Shown: positions 19,001 through 28,185 of the stretch, piece by piece
Position numbering within the stretch: position 1 is the first letter of the stretch
How the letters are laid out: every line of letters begins with the position of its first letter
NCBI GenBank assembly: GCA_035285545.1
Contig: JAYKGY010000070.1
Span: 1 to 64,000, forward strand
Direction of reading: 5' to 3'
Length of the DNA: 64,000 nt
From: Snowella sp.
GTDB lineage: Bacteria > Cyanobacteriota > Cyanobacteriia > Cyanobacteriales > Microcystaceae
Notes under the pieces: generated by a model
The model's input: the letters and a program-made list of their open reading frames with translations, nothing else
Databases searched by the model: none
Told to the model about the DNA's origin: nothing
Made by a program: the position numbers and the translations under genes

Positions 19001-21198
19001 ACCTGATCCGCCGCATCCCCATCAAAGAAAGCGACTCCCTTAAGGGTGAGGGGTTGACCGCCAAAGATAGATCCACTGGTACTCGAAAGACTGTTAATAA
19101 AGGGTTTAAGGGAACTTTGATCGTGGGTGAGATTACTGAGGGAATGTAATGCGCCGCTATTGACAGACGCTAATACCTCAATGGGTTGGGTTGCCGCCGC
19201 TGCACGGGCAATTCGCGCCTCTAGGGTATGGGTTCCTGCCCCTAAGCTCAGGGAGCCTGTCATCAAGTTCCCGTTGATATAGATCTGACTCGACGTTCCG
19301 CCGTTAACACTGAAATTGTAGGTGCCAGAACTGGTGGTTTGAAACTTACCACTCATGACAACCGCCACATCCCCCGTAATTTCCGAGCCACCCAGCTTGT
19401 TATCAATTTCGAAAATCTCTAAGGTGGGATTAATTTCTTGAAAATCTGCGGATTCGGGGAGGGTCGTAATGCCTGAATTGCTGAAATACTGGGTCAATAC
19501 CCCACCGACGGCATTAATGGGGTAAATATTGAGGGGTGGCGCAGTATCCGTCAAGGTTTTGGGTGGTGAATCACTATCGGCAATGGTTAACGAAACTAAA
19601 TGTTCCCCTAAGTTAAAGCTGGAGGTTAGGTTGGGGGTTGTCCCAATTACGGTTTCGCCATTTTTCCAGGTAAAGCCCGTTAACTGATAACCAAATTCAT
19701 GGGTATGGGATTCATCTCCCTGCAAAAAGATAGTTTCACTGCCATTGCCTTCGTAGTCCACTGCATAGCTCGGCGATCGAATCACCACATGCAAGAAGGG
19801 ATCATTGCCTTGATTAGGGCTAGGCATGACTTCAATGGCGGAAATTTTGGCATTATCAATTTCTGAAATAAAGTCTAGATTGAGAACCCCGTCCGAAACT
19901 CCGACTTCAAAGATTTTTGTGAGAGCCGTATTCGCCCCGACTTCTGACCAAATATCGAGACTGTCAATAAATAATTGGTTTTCTGCTTGAACATCAAAGA
20001 CGCGCAAACCCGGCCCATTCCAATAAATTTCAGCAAAGTTTAATTTAACTTGATAGGTGCCAGGGGCTGATACAGGGATGTTATAGCTAAAATTTCCCCA
20101 ACGCTCGGTTTGATAAAGGGTAGGGTCATTGGTTCCGGCGATCGCCTGGGTTGTCGAAAATAAATTGCCGCCAGCAAAGTTTTGGTCGGCTGTCCAGAGT
20201 TGGCCCAGACCATCGAGGTAGGAACTCCCGCCAGCATTAATCCAAGTGGTTTCAGCTTCATTTAAGGAGATGTAGGGGGTAACGGCTGCCAACGCTAGGC
20301 TACTATCCTCAGATTGGGAGTCGATTGCTGCTATCCCAAGATTATTTTCACTGATTTTGGCAAAATTTGCTGGTTTTAGTTCCTCATTCGGCGTAACCAA
20401 AACCGTCTCTTCAGAAAGTTCTCCCCCCTGGCTTGGAGTCCCTACTGAAAACTTATGGGGAAGAATTTCAATAAAAGAAACGAGGGCTTGATTGACGACG
20501 GATTCAAAATCAATATCTAAAAAGCCATCTTTGACGTTCACTTTAAAGCTTTTAACTAAGGCATTTTGTGAGCCAACTTCTGACCAAATATCGAAATCAT
20601 TCAGGGCGAGTTGATCTTCAATCAGTACGTCAAAAGTTCGCTGTTTTTCTCCAGTAATGTGGTGAGATTCAGCAAAGCCTAAGTTAACGTCATAAATTCC
20701 TTTAGGCAAGGCAATTTGATAGGCAAAAGCATCCCCTAACCGTCCTGATTGGAAAAGGATGGGATCACGAGTATTGGCAACCGGAAATACCGTCGCAAAA
20801 CTGTGACCGTCAATGAAATTGGTATCGGCGGCCCACCGTTGGTTAGAAGAATCGGTGACTTGTTTTCCGCCAGCTTGTATTCGCACGGTTTCGCGATCGC
20901 CGAAAATTTCCTCTAACTGAATAGCTGCAAAGAGATTTTTGAGTTTATTATTCTCCTTTTCTTGCTGACTAACATGAGCTTTCGCATTAGAATTTTTCGG
21001 TGTGGATAACAATAAATCCTCTGGATTTTTCCAATTTTCAGAAACCAGAAACTTACTTTCGTTGATTTCCTGATCCATGCTTGGTAAAGCTTTCGATGAA
21101 GGAGAGGGCAAGCTATTTAAAGGGTTAGCCCCTGTCGTATTGGGAGGATTAAAATGATCATGAATTAAGAATTGATTTAAAATGTGCGAAGAATCCAT
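16033..21198 (-). CDS. Large multidomain carbohydrate-binding protein: four malectin domains, PKD/PA14-like, two IPT/TIG, GSDH-type beta-propeller, Calx-beta
   Basis: Four INAGG..Y.D..G..W.AD...LYQ.ER.G.NFSY...LNFAE.YW...RxFxV repeats; WGPDGRLYV / GARNPFD propeller motifs; SGAVSVTLT...GTA..PNDY...FANGETSKTVTIPIVND Calx-beta. Confidence 0.85.
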   Translation of the reverse strand: MDSSHILNQFLIHDHFNPPNTTGANPLNSLPSPSSKALPSMDQEINESKFLVSENWKNPEDLLLSTPKNSNAKAHVSQQEKENNKLKNLFAAIQLEEIFGDRETVRIQAGGKQVTDSSNQRWAADTNFIDGHSFATVFPVANTRDPILFQSGRLGDAFAYQIALPKGIYDVNLGFAESHHITGEKQRTFDVLIEDQLALNDFDIWSEVGSQNALVKSFKVNVKDGFLDIDFESVVNQALVSFIEILPHKFSVGTPSQGGELSEETVLVTPNEELKPANFAKISENNLGIAAIDSQSEDSSLALAAVTPYISLNEAETTWINAGGSSYLDGLGQLWTADQNFAGGNLFSTTQAIAGTNDPTLYQTERWGNFSYNIPVSAPGTYQVKLNFAEIYWNGPGLRVFDVQAENQLFIDSLDIWSEVGANTALTKIFEVGVSDGVLNLDFISEIDNAKISAIEVMPSPNQGNDPFLHVVIRSPSYAVDYEGNGSETIFLQGDESHTHEFGYQLTGFTWKNGETVIGTTPNLTSSFNLGEHLVSLTIADSDSPPKTLTDTAPPLNIYPINAVGGVLTQYFSNSGITTLPESADFQEINPTLEIFEIDNKLGGSEITGDVAVVMSGKFQTTSSGTYNFSVNGGTSSQIYINGNLMTGSLSLGAGTHTLEARIARAAAATQPIEVLASVNSGALHSLSNLTHDQSSLKPFINSLSSTSGSIFGGQPLTLKGVAFFDGDAADQVKVHWGNTVLTAPDITVKQGEISFVTPPGNLGTVLVTVETPNGMSEAVTYEYSGTAVPISFTPAQVVANKFAPTQAEWGPDGRLYVGSITGNISIYTFDENYNVTNIQATNAIANLTNKNILGIAFNPFDTTPKIYVAHSWLFANNDGKFINATDFSPYSGQISVLEGPDFSTITPLITGLPVSNHDHGVNGLNFDNQGDLLIAVGGSTNAGIPNNAIGGLPESPLGAAILKAQLSDPNFNGNITYVETATGLINNNQVFGDKVDVVPGTGVTVLAPGARNPFDVAYTTKDLIYFLDNGPNTGFGAASTSATTQGPDPNNPDELNLFFEGSYYGHPNRNRGRYDDRQNVYQAPSVASIAGVYNAPLTTFQPSTNGLAEYRSTTFNGQKTGTLLAQKWNETLFSIQLAPNGSTVENVTSIPNGPTALDVVTGPGGAILGIDYTDNAITVSLPNLNTTNTEAYDIFPWRAPADGGGKFVIGGQNFGDLTNTTVTIGGIQAILTSVSAKRIEGFIPAQNTLPTDMVNVVVNSKGQTSTLANAFRYLGNVTPPSGSAGTLALSAPVYTVNENGTPVSAVTITRTGGSSGAVSVTLTPSNGTAIAPNDYNNTPILVNFANGETSKTVTIPIVNDTIVESAETINLTLSNATGGATLGSQNTAILSILDNDSLGKILINAGGGQYTDIAGQVWSADQYFTGSTGTYAVPSAIAGTNDDSLYQNERYGNNFSYNVPVSNGTYLVNLNFAEIYWNAPGQRLFNVSLEGQTVLQNFDIWSQAGGQNIALTQSFEVTVSDGVLNLDFTTLVDNAQITSLELLKLSDLSNNLATILINTGGGQYTDATGQVWLADQYFTGSTNTYAVTSAIAGTNDDSLYQDERYGNNFSYNIPVSNGTYLVDLNFAELYWNASGQRIFDVTIEGQTVLQNFDIWSQAGGQNIALTKSFQVTVTDGVFNLNFSTLVDNAQITSLKLLQVESLPAVSGVLALSEPLVLAVG

Positions 21199-21322
21199 CT
21201 TAAAAACCTGTTATTAATTTTTTAATTAATTAAGCTAAACTGCTTTAATTTATCCATTCATCTTTTACTTAAAAAGTATTTAAAAATGATTAAATGATTT
21301 TTAACCAGTCTCTACTTTAAGA

Positions 21323-21352
21323 GATAAAAAATCTTTGTGAAAAATGTGTGAA
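21323..21352 (-). promoter_or_regulatory. TTCACA-N5-TTCACA box upstream of the malectin gene (copy 1)
   Basis: 27/30 identical to 32399-32428; TAAAGT -10-like hexamer 16 bp downstream of the proximal TTCACA. Confidence 0.6.
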
Positions 21353-21480
21353 TAAATTCAGATTTAAGCGGATATTTTTATTACAATCTCAAGAGAAAAT
21401 AGTAATCAAAAATTTAAAATTACAAATTACAAAAAATCACCTGATCTGGTTGAGATGGTGATTGATTTAAGTCTAATAAG

Positions 21481-21566
21481 TAGGACAACCAAATACAGCG
21501 TCAAAAAGATTTACAGTGTTAAATCCCTACAAAAAAATTCATGTAGGGACATAGTACTATTATTTC
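21481..21566. repeat. GTAG-type REP-like palindrome pair (copy 1)
   Basis: Aligns with the reverse complement of 48359-48441; contains AAATCCCTAC...GTAGGGAC. Confidence 0.65.
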
Positions 21567-21668
21567 TATTTCCTTAGTCTTAGACGCAAAACCTATTTTT
21601 CTGTTAATTAAGTTGACTGACTTGATTCAGCGACTTACTCAGAGTTTGACGGAGAATCTATAACAAAA

Positions 21669-22511
21669 TTAAATGACATCGGCAAAGGTTTTTTCAGTTT
21701 TACGGAAATACCAAATTCCAGTTAAAAAGAAAAAGATAACGAGAAGCAAAGATAATAAAAAACCAGGGATATAAAGGGTCGATTCACCACCTAAAATAGC
21801 CCAACGAAAACCATCAATCACGCCGACCATTGGATTTAAAGAATAGAGTAACCGCCACTGTTGGGGAACAATATTACTCGTAAAACCAACGGGGGAAATA
21901 TACAAACCGAACTGAACAATAAAGGGAACAATATATCGAAAATCACGATATTTCACGTTCAAGGAAGCTAACCATAACCCAAATCCCATTGAGGCGGCAA
22001 AGGCGATCGCGATAAAAAAGGGCAAAGTAATAATGCGCCAACTAGGAACAAAATTGTACCAAGCCATTAGGCCTAACAAAATCATCCCAGATACCAAAAA
22101 ATCAACAAAGCTTACAACAACGGCACTGGTCGGAACAATGAGACGAGGAAAATAAACCTTAGAAATTAAATTGGAATTGGTGATTAAACTATTGCTACAT
22201 TCTGAGAGAGAATTGGCAAAAAATTGCCAGGGGAGCATGGCAGCAAACACCAAAATCGGATAGGGAACGCCCTCTGACGGTAATTTCGCGAGATTCCCAA
22301 AGACTATCGTAAAGACGATCATGGTGAGAAAGGGACGAATTAAGGCCCAGGCAATCCCGATCGCGGTTTGTTTATAACGGACGAGAATATCGCGCCAGGC
22401 GAGAAAGTAGAATAATTCCCGATATTTCCAGAGATCTTGCCAATATTGTTTTTCTGTTCGGCCGGCTTCGATAATAATGGTGGATTTAGCGGGAGTTGAT
22501 TTTACTGTCAT
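21669..22511 (-). CDS. wzm: Polysaccharide ABC exporter permease
   Basis: RDILVRYKQTAIG, KVYFPR and LNPMVGVIDGFR motifs. Confidence 0.92.
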   Translation of the reverse strand: MTVKSTPAKSTIIIEAGRTEKQYWQDLWKYRELFYFLAWRDILVRYKQTAIGIAWALIRPFLTMIVFTIVFGNLAKLPSEGVPYPILVFAAMLPWQFFANSLSECSNSLITNSNLISKVYFPRLIVPTSAVVVSFVDFLVSGMILLGLMAWYNFVPSWRIITLPFFIAIAFAASMGFGLWLASLNVKYRDFRYIVPFIVQFGLYISPVGFTSNIVPQQWRLLYSLNPMVGVIDGFRWAILGGESTLYIPGFLLSLLLVIFFFLTGIWYFRKTEKTFADVI

Positions 22512-22580
22512 TGTGGGGATTTCCAAAACGGTTATATAAATCAAAAAAAGCTTAAATTGCTGAATTAAAGCTAAACTTTA

Positions 22581-22615
22581 ATAATTATTAATTATTAATT
22601 GTTAATTATTAATTG
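22581..22615. repeat. Heptamer tandem repeat (TTAATTR x5)
   Basis: ATAATTA TTAATTA TTAATTG TTAATTA TTAATTG between wzc and wzm. Confidence 0.6.
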
Positions 22616-22616
22616 T

Positions 22617-24863
22617 TTAATTTGCATAATTAACGATGACTCCTGCCACTTGGCTGCGATTTCTTCTCAAGGTTTCCAAAGTTTCCATTACTGTTGAGCG
22701 TTCCGCTTTTTTCAAATTTACGACCAACAGCACTTCATCGACCTTGGGTAAAATGCTCTGGGCATCCGCTAATTCCGTCAGGGCAGAGGTATCCATGAGA
22801 ATATAATCGTACACCTGCCGCCATTGGTCTAGCATGAGTTGCATTTTTGGCGAGACTAACCACAGAAAAGAGCTATTAATGACTGGCCCAGCGGTGAGGA
22901 CATCGGGATAACTTTGATGAATCAGGGTCAGGGGGTTGGTGCGGACGGAAGCAGGAGCCGTTAAGACCTGAGCAAAAACGGGATTAAATTTCTGATTGGG
23001 GCTGGGGTTATTGGGCTTATTTCCATTTGTCCCATTGGTCGAGATCGGTGGGCCAGAATTGAGATAGTTTTCAATGATCTGGGGCGCGGTAGAGTGGATA
23101 ATACTTTGCCAGGTTAAATCCGTCGCGATCGCCGTTGTCAGACCTTGAATATTGGAAAACGAAAACACCTGATGGAGTTTCGGATCGGCCAAATTGGTAT
23201 CTACAATTAACACCCGCTTACCCAATTCTGCTAAGGCCAAGCCTAAGTTATAGGTCATGGTAGTGGTGCCTTCTCCCAAGCTGGTTGCCGTCAAAGCAAT
23301 CACCTGTCCTTTGCGATTGCTGGTTTGCAAAGAAAGCGCAAGAGAGAGAGAGCGAATGGCCTCCGTAAAAGGATTCGATTGGGTCGTGAGTTGTAATTGG
23401 GGGCTTTTGAAGGGGGTGGTGTCTCCTTGGGAATGGGGAATGGTGCCTAAAATCGGAACAGGCAGAATTTGCTTGAGTTCTTGAATGCTACTGAAACGCC
23501 GATCCAGTCTTTCTAACCAGAGAGCGACTCCCACTCCCGATAGCAGACCCGCTAATAAAGCGAGGACAATGCCACGATTACGGTTTTTATCAACGGCTTC
23601 GGCGGGGAGTTGGGGCGGTTCGATGACTTTCCAAGTGGAGGTTTCTTGCGCTTCACGAATCCGCAATTCCTGAAGTTTTTCACTCAAGGCATCGACGCTT
23701 TTAATGTGCGTTGTTTCTCGTAGTTTTAGGGTTCGATACTTTTGTTGCAGTTTCAGTAAACGATTGAAGTTGAAGTTGGCGGCTTGTTCCTGCTGTCGCA
23801 ATTTGGGTAATTGTTTACGCTGGGTTGCCAAATTAATCTGGACTTGGGTGAGTTGTCCCGCTAATTCCTGTAAAATTTCCCCATTTTCCCGTTTTCTCGT
23901 CGCCATTTGTGATCCGCGATCGCCGACGACATTACGGCTTGATTGGGCTAAGAGGCGATTCAGTTCATCAATTTGATCCTTCAGATTTTGAATAGCGGGA
24001 TGGTCAGCGGTAAAGCGGGTTTGAGCTAGCCGATATTCCAAGGTTAACGCTTGCAATTGCTTTAAAACCGATTGATAGGTCGTATCTTGGCTCAAAATCG
24101 AATCACTCAAAAGCGTATCGGGATTTTGCTCTACATTGGTCAATTGACGTTGCAGTTCGGCGTACTGTTGTTCTGTTTGATGGAGATTGAGTTCAGCTTC
24201 CGTAATTTTGTTACGAATGGCCTCTTTGTTGTTGTAGGCCAAATTTAAACTGGTCTCAATGTCCTCTAGGTTATTAACAATCCGAAAATTTGTCAGTTCA
24301 TTGGCAGTTTTTTCTAACGATTCCCTGGCGGCGGGTAATCGGGCCTCGATAAATTGAATGGCATTGGTAACCGGCGATCGCTGACTATTTTTACCGTATT
24401 CCAAATAGGTAGCCACCAAAGCCTCTAAAATCCGCTTAGCCTGCACCGGATCGGCATCTTCATAGGAAACCGACAACACCGACGTATCCTTCGGCTGAAA
24501 TAGGGTCAAATTTTGAGCAATCATCCCTGGCGTAATGCCTTGATAGGCAGGCTCTAATTTACTAATAGCCTTACTTAATAGCGATTGACTCTTTAAAACT
24601 TCAATCTCTGTTAATAAATTTTCCTCCTGCTTTTCCTGAGAATTTGTCTCCTCTGACTGAACCACCGGAACCGAAACCTTGGTACCGACCAGAATTAAAG
24701 ATTGCGTGCGATATAACCCAGGTGCCTGTAGTACCCAATAGGCAATGCCCCCCGATACCGTTGTCGCAGTCAGGAGAGCCACGAGCCAATATCGTTGAAC
24801 CGCTGTCCACCAATTGGCCTGTGGGGCCGCCATTTCTGCCCCAATATTTTGCAAAGTGTCCAT
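22617..24863 (-). CDS. wzc: Wzc/GumC-family polysaccharide co-polymerase with degenerate kinase domain
   Basis: N-terminal TM, long coiled coil, second TM (GIVLALLAGLLSGVGVALWLE) and a C-terminal P-loop-like domain. Confidence 0.85.
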   Translation of the reverse strand: MDTLQNIGAEMAAPQANWWTAVQRYWLVALLTATTVSGGIAYWVLQAPGLYRTQSLILVGTKVSVPVVQSEETNSQEKQEENLLTEIEVLKSQSLLSKAISKLEPAYQGITPGMIAQNLTLFQPKDTSVLSVSYEDADPVQAKRILEALVATYLEYGKNSQRSPVTNAIQFIEARLPAARESLEKTANELTNFRIVNNLEDIETSLNLAYNNKEAIRNKITEAELNLHQTEQQYAELQRQLTNVEQNPDTLLSDSILSQDTTYQSVLKQLQALTLEYRLAQTRFTADHPAIQNLKDQIDELNRLLAQSSRNVVGDRGSQMATRKRENGEILQELAGQLTQVQINLATQRKQLPKLRQQEQAANFNFNRLLKLQQKYRTLKLRETTHIKSVDALSEKLQELRIREAQETSTWKVIEPPQLPAEAVDKNRNRGIVLALLAGLLSGVGVALWLERLDRRFSSIQELKQILPVPILGTIPHSQGDTTPFKSPQLQLTTQSNPFTEAIRSLSLALSLQTSNRKGQVIALTATSLGEGTTTMTYNLGLALAELGKRVLIVDTNLADPKLHQVFSFSNIQGLTTAIATDLTWQSIIHSTAPQIIENYLNSGPPISTNGTNGNKPNNPSPNQKFNPVFAQVLTAPASVRTNPLTLIHQSYPDVLTAGPVINSSFLWLVSPKMQLMLDQWRQVYDYILMDTSALTELADAQSILPKVDEVLLVVNLKKAERSTVMETLETLRRNRSQVAGVIVNYAN

Positions 24864-24903
24864 AGTATTTAAATAAAATTGCCAAGCTTAGGGCTGAAGC
24901 AGC

Positions 24904-26196
24904 TTAGGGAAAAGAGGTTACTTGCACCTTCGTCAGCGGTTGAGCCGTTTCGACATTCAGCTTAAGGACTTGAGCATACTGCTGGGCAATAATGTCGAGG
25001 GTGCATTGGGATTCTAGATAATGCCGTCCGGCTTTTCCCATTTTTCGGGCTAATTCAGGGTGCAAAATAAGGTTTAAAATAAACTCAGCCAACCCCTGAC
25101 TGTCATGGTTGGCAATAGTGACTCCACATCCCTGCTTTTGGACTAAATCGTGTAAATAGCATTGAGAATCACAAACTACGGCAATGGGTCGCCCCGTCGC
25201 TAAGAGGCTATAAAACTTACTCGGAGCCACAATTCCGCCCATTCCTTCTTCCACACTCACTAACGTCAAATCACAGGCCGTTAAAGAGTAGGGCAAAACT
25301 TCCTTATCTTGATAGGGCAGAAATAAACAATTATCGATTCCCCATTGTTGAACAAAATTTTGGGCTATTTTATATTTTGGGCCGCCCCCAATAAAAACAA
25401 ATTGGACTGCGTGACCTTTGAGCAGATGAGCCGTTTTTAAAATGGTTTGAATATCATGACAACGGCCCATATTTCCTGAATACAAAACCGTAAATTTTTC
25501 GGTTAAACCATGTTCTTGAGCAAACCAATTCTCCTTTTTTTCTAAGGGCACAATCCAATCCGGATCAGACCAATTCGAGATCACTGAAATTTTGGGAGCT
25601 AATCGGGGTTGCTTTTGCAGAATCCGTTGTTTCATCGAACTGCTTAAAACAATCACCTGTTCCGCCTCTCTCCATGTCCAACGGTTCAACGCATTCCACA
25701 ATTTAATTAACCAATTATCCGCGGGGATGACCCCCAGTTCTTCTGCTACATCGGGATATAAGTCATAAATTAAACAAACATAGGGAGATCCCTTAATAAG
25801 GTGCAATAAATAGCCAATAAAGGGCAAAAAAGGTGGAGCCGTCGTTAACAGTAAGATATCATCTCGTTTTAGATTTCTCAACAGGTGTAAAATTGCCCGA
25901 ACCGTAAACAGTAATCCGTGTACGGCCTTTCCACGAATGCGATGTAAAGAAACCTGAGTCGCCCTAGTCCGCCGAATGCTGACATTATGCTGTTTTTCTG
26001 CGGCTGAGGCACTGATGGCAGGATTAACACTATTAAATGCATAGGCCGGTTGACCGGTGAAGACTTTAATAGAGGCTCCTTTTTTTCCTAAATAGGTGAC
26101 TAATTCATAAATTAATTGTCCAGTTGGAGCAAAATCGGGGGGGAAAAATTGATTAACAACTAATAATTTTCTTCCCTGTTGAAATAAATTTTTCAT
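24904..26196 (-). CDS. GT4 glycosyltransferase (WcaI/WbuB-like)
   Basis: VNQFFPPDFAPTG, YSGNMGRCH and APSKFYSLLATGRP motifs. Confidence 0.9.
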   Translation of the reverse strand: MKNLFQQGRKLLVVNQFFPPDFAPTGQLIYELVTYLGKKGASIKVFTGQPAYAFNSVNPAISASAAEKQHNVSIRRTRATQVSLHRIRGKAVHGLLFTVRAILHLLRNLKRDDILLLTTAPPFLPFIGYLLHLIKGSPYVCLIYDLYPDVAEELGVIPADNWLIKLWNALNRWTWREAEQVIVLSSSMKQRILQKQPRLAPKISVISNWSDPDWIVPLEKKENWFAQEHGLTEKFTVLYSGNMGRCHDIQTILKTAHLLKGHAVQFVFIGGGPKYKIAQNFVQQWGIDNCLFLPYQDKEVLPYSLTACDLTLVSVEEGMGGIVAPSKFYSLLATGRPIAVVCDSQCYLHDLVQKQGCGVTIANHDSQGLAEFILNLILHPELARKMGKAGRHYLESQCTLDIIAQQYAQVLKLNVETAQPLTKVQVTSFP

Positions 26197-27169
26197 ATAA
26201 AACTCGCCTAAAGTGCAATGAATTGAAGTACGGAGCTAGGCCGTTGGTTACCTACTTCGTTGCCTGAATAACAATTGCTGCTTGATTGCCCATTGAACAT
26301 TGATCAAATCCAAATGCTCAAAGAGACTGAACTCTGATTGTTTAATAGGTAAATATATAAAGTTATAAGTAACGATTTCCTCAAATTTTAGACACAAAAT
26401 CCCCTTTTTCTGAAAATCTTTAGAGTGCACTCATGGGTGTCTTCTCTTGAGATTTTTGGCAAGCAAAAGCTAGCCACTCAATGCTAGTGGTTTTATTTAA
26501 TTAATTTTGTCCAAGACGATCTCGACTCAATTGAAGATCAATAAAAATTGAATCTCCAACAATGAGAAGTGAAAAATTGGCTTTTCCTAAAAGGGGGAAA
26601 ATTAATAATGGGATATAAGGGATAGTATCTTGCTATTTGAATAGCTGGAATGGGAAAGTTCGCTCACTTAAATTAAGCTCAATGCTCGGCTGATTCAGTA
26701 ATTATCATCATTACTAACTTATGCAAAGAGATTCGGGTGATATGAAAGCGATTTTTTCTTAAATCAAAAAGTAGTGAAAGTTTTTTTATAAAACAGAAGG
26801 GAAAAAGCTGGCATTCCCAATTCAAACTTGTGAAGTAGAGAAGATGCGTTCCCATCGATGTAACGATGTCATAGCGTGTAGATCTCCCTATCCACTGAGC
26901 AGTAATGTTACGGGTATGGGCAGAAATAGCCAGTGAGTTTTGAACTCACAATTCAGAGATAACTTTAAGGCGATGGGAAGACGGATCACCAAAATACTTA
27001 AGTAGATTTTACTAAGTATCTGGACAGATCGAAAACCTGAATTCCGGGAGGCAAAAGCCTAGAAAGGGTTCTAAATTAGCTTTCATGAGATATTAAAGTT
27101 TGATGTTTAAAGTTTTTTGTTAAAAGGAAAGCCCTTGATTCACGACTGTGAAGTTTGTGGGTTTCTAGT

Positions 27170-27205
27170 ATGATATACGTAAAATCACGGAAATGCAAGC
27201 CCTTT
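27170..27205 (-). promoter_or_regulatory. Sigma70-type promoter TTGCAT-17-TATCAT with spacer palindrome, directed at the EPS operon
   Basis: Minus strand AAAGGGC TTGCAT ttccgtgattttacgta TATCAT; same layout as 30834-30869. Confidence 0.6.
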
Positions 27206-27411
27206 AAATCAAGTTTTCATGACTTCATTAAAATCAATGGTAATCATAGAAAAAAGTAGACCTTTAACAAGAGAGTGATTACATAATTGCGTATTTGGAT
27301 GGATAGGTGCCTCTCTCTAGAGAAAGGCATAGGTTAAATTTTCGATCGGTAAGTTTTTTTGGGATTAAGCACAATGGCCTAAGTCGTTTTCAGTATTTTT
27401 CGGCGATCGCG

Positions 27412-28131
27412 TCATTTTTGACGAATGGCTTTCCAGAGATAGAGGAGTAGGACAGCGGAGATCAAAGCGCCTAAATTCCATTTCACCGACTTTTTGACTA
27501 ACGTTAGGCGGGCTTCTTTGAGGGATTGAGCTTGCGCTTGTAGTTGCGTTTGCCCCGTACTAATCACACTTGTCAACTGTTCCTTGAGGGATTGAAACTG
27601 TTGAGAGGTCTGTAACGGCGGTAAGGGGTCTGCATTTTGTAAATCCTGGGTCAGTAAGCGTTGTAAATCAGCAGCAGTACGACTTGTCTTTAAGCTTTTT
27701 TGAGCCGTTTGCACGCGATTCAGTTGGGTATTCACTTGAGTTGTTTGTTGAGCATTGAGGGCTAATAAGCGGTAGGTATTTAAAACCCCTAAGGGGATCA
27801 ACAGGAAATAGAGCAAACTTAAGAGCAATACCAAACCCGTTAGCCAGGGCAAAAGGATTTTTTCTAGGCGTTTTCGTCCAAAGTTACGTCCTAAATAAAT
27901 TAATCCATAGGCAAGAAAGAGGATAGGGACTTTTTCGACTAGGGTGCCAAAGGTTTGGAACTCCCAGACAGGGTTCGTCAAACGGAGGGGAACAACGGTT
28001 TCAATGAGATCAAAGAGAAAAAAGGCGAGAAAACCATAACCAATGACCCTTAGGATAGCTAATGACCAGAGATTAGCCGTATTAGTGAATAGGGAAGAGT
28101 TATTCACGGGCACTTCGTTTAAATGAATCAT
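27412..28131 (-). CDS. HpsJ-like protein, cyanoexosortase-associated (copy 1)
   Basis: LRVIGYG, P...NPVWEFQTFGTLVEKV and KKSVKWNLGALIS motifs; paralog of 42873-43607. Confidence 0.8.
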   Translation of the reverse strand: MIHLNEVPVNNSSLFTNTANLWSLAILRVIGYGFLAFFLFDLIETVVPLRLTNPVWEFQTFGTLVEKVPILFLAYGLIYLGRNFGRKRLEKILLPWLTGLVLLLSLLYFLLIPLGVLNTYRLLALNAQQTTQVNTQLNRVQTAQKSLKTSRTAADLQRLLTQDLQNADPLPPLQTSQQFQSLKEQLTSVISTGQTQLQAQAQSLKEARLTLVKKSVKWNLGALISAVLLLYLWKAIRQK

Positions 28132-28185
28132 GCTTTTTTTGAATGTGTTTTAAAAATGGGTTGTTAACGGGTTTATTAAAGGAAG

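Noticed and set aside
26248..26430. 60-aa ORF upstream of the WcaI-like GT
   Set aside because: GTG start without an RBS and no recognisable motif; more likely leader sequence
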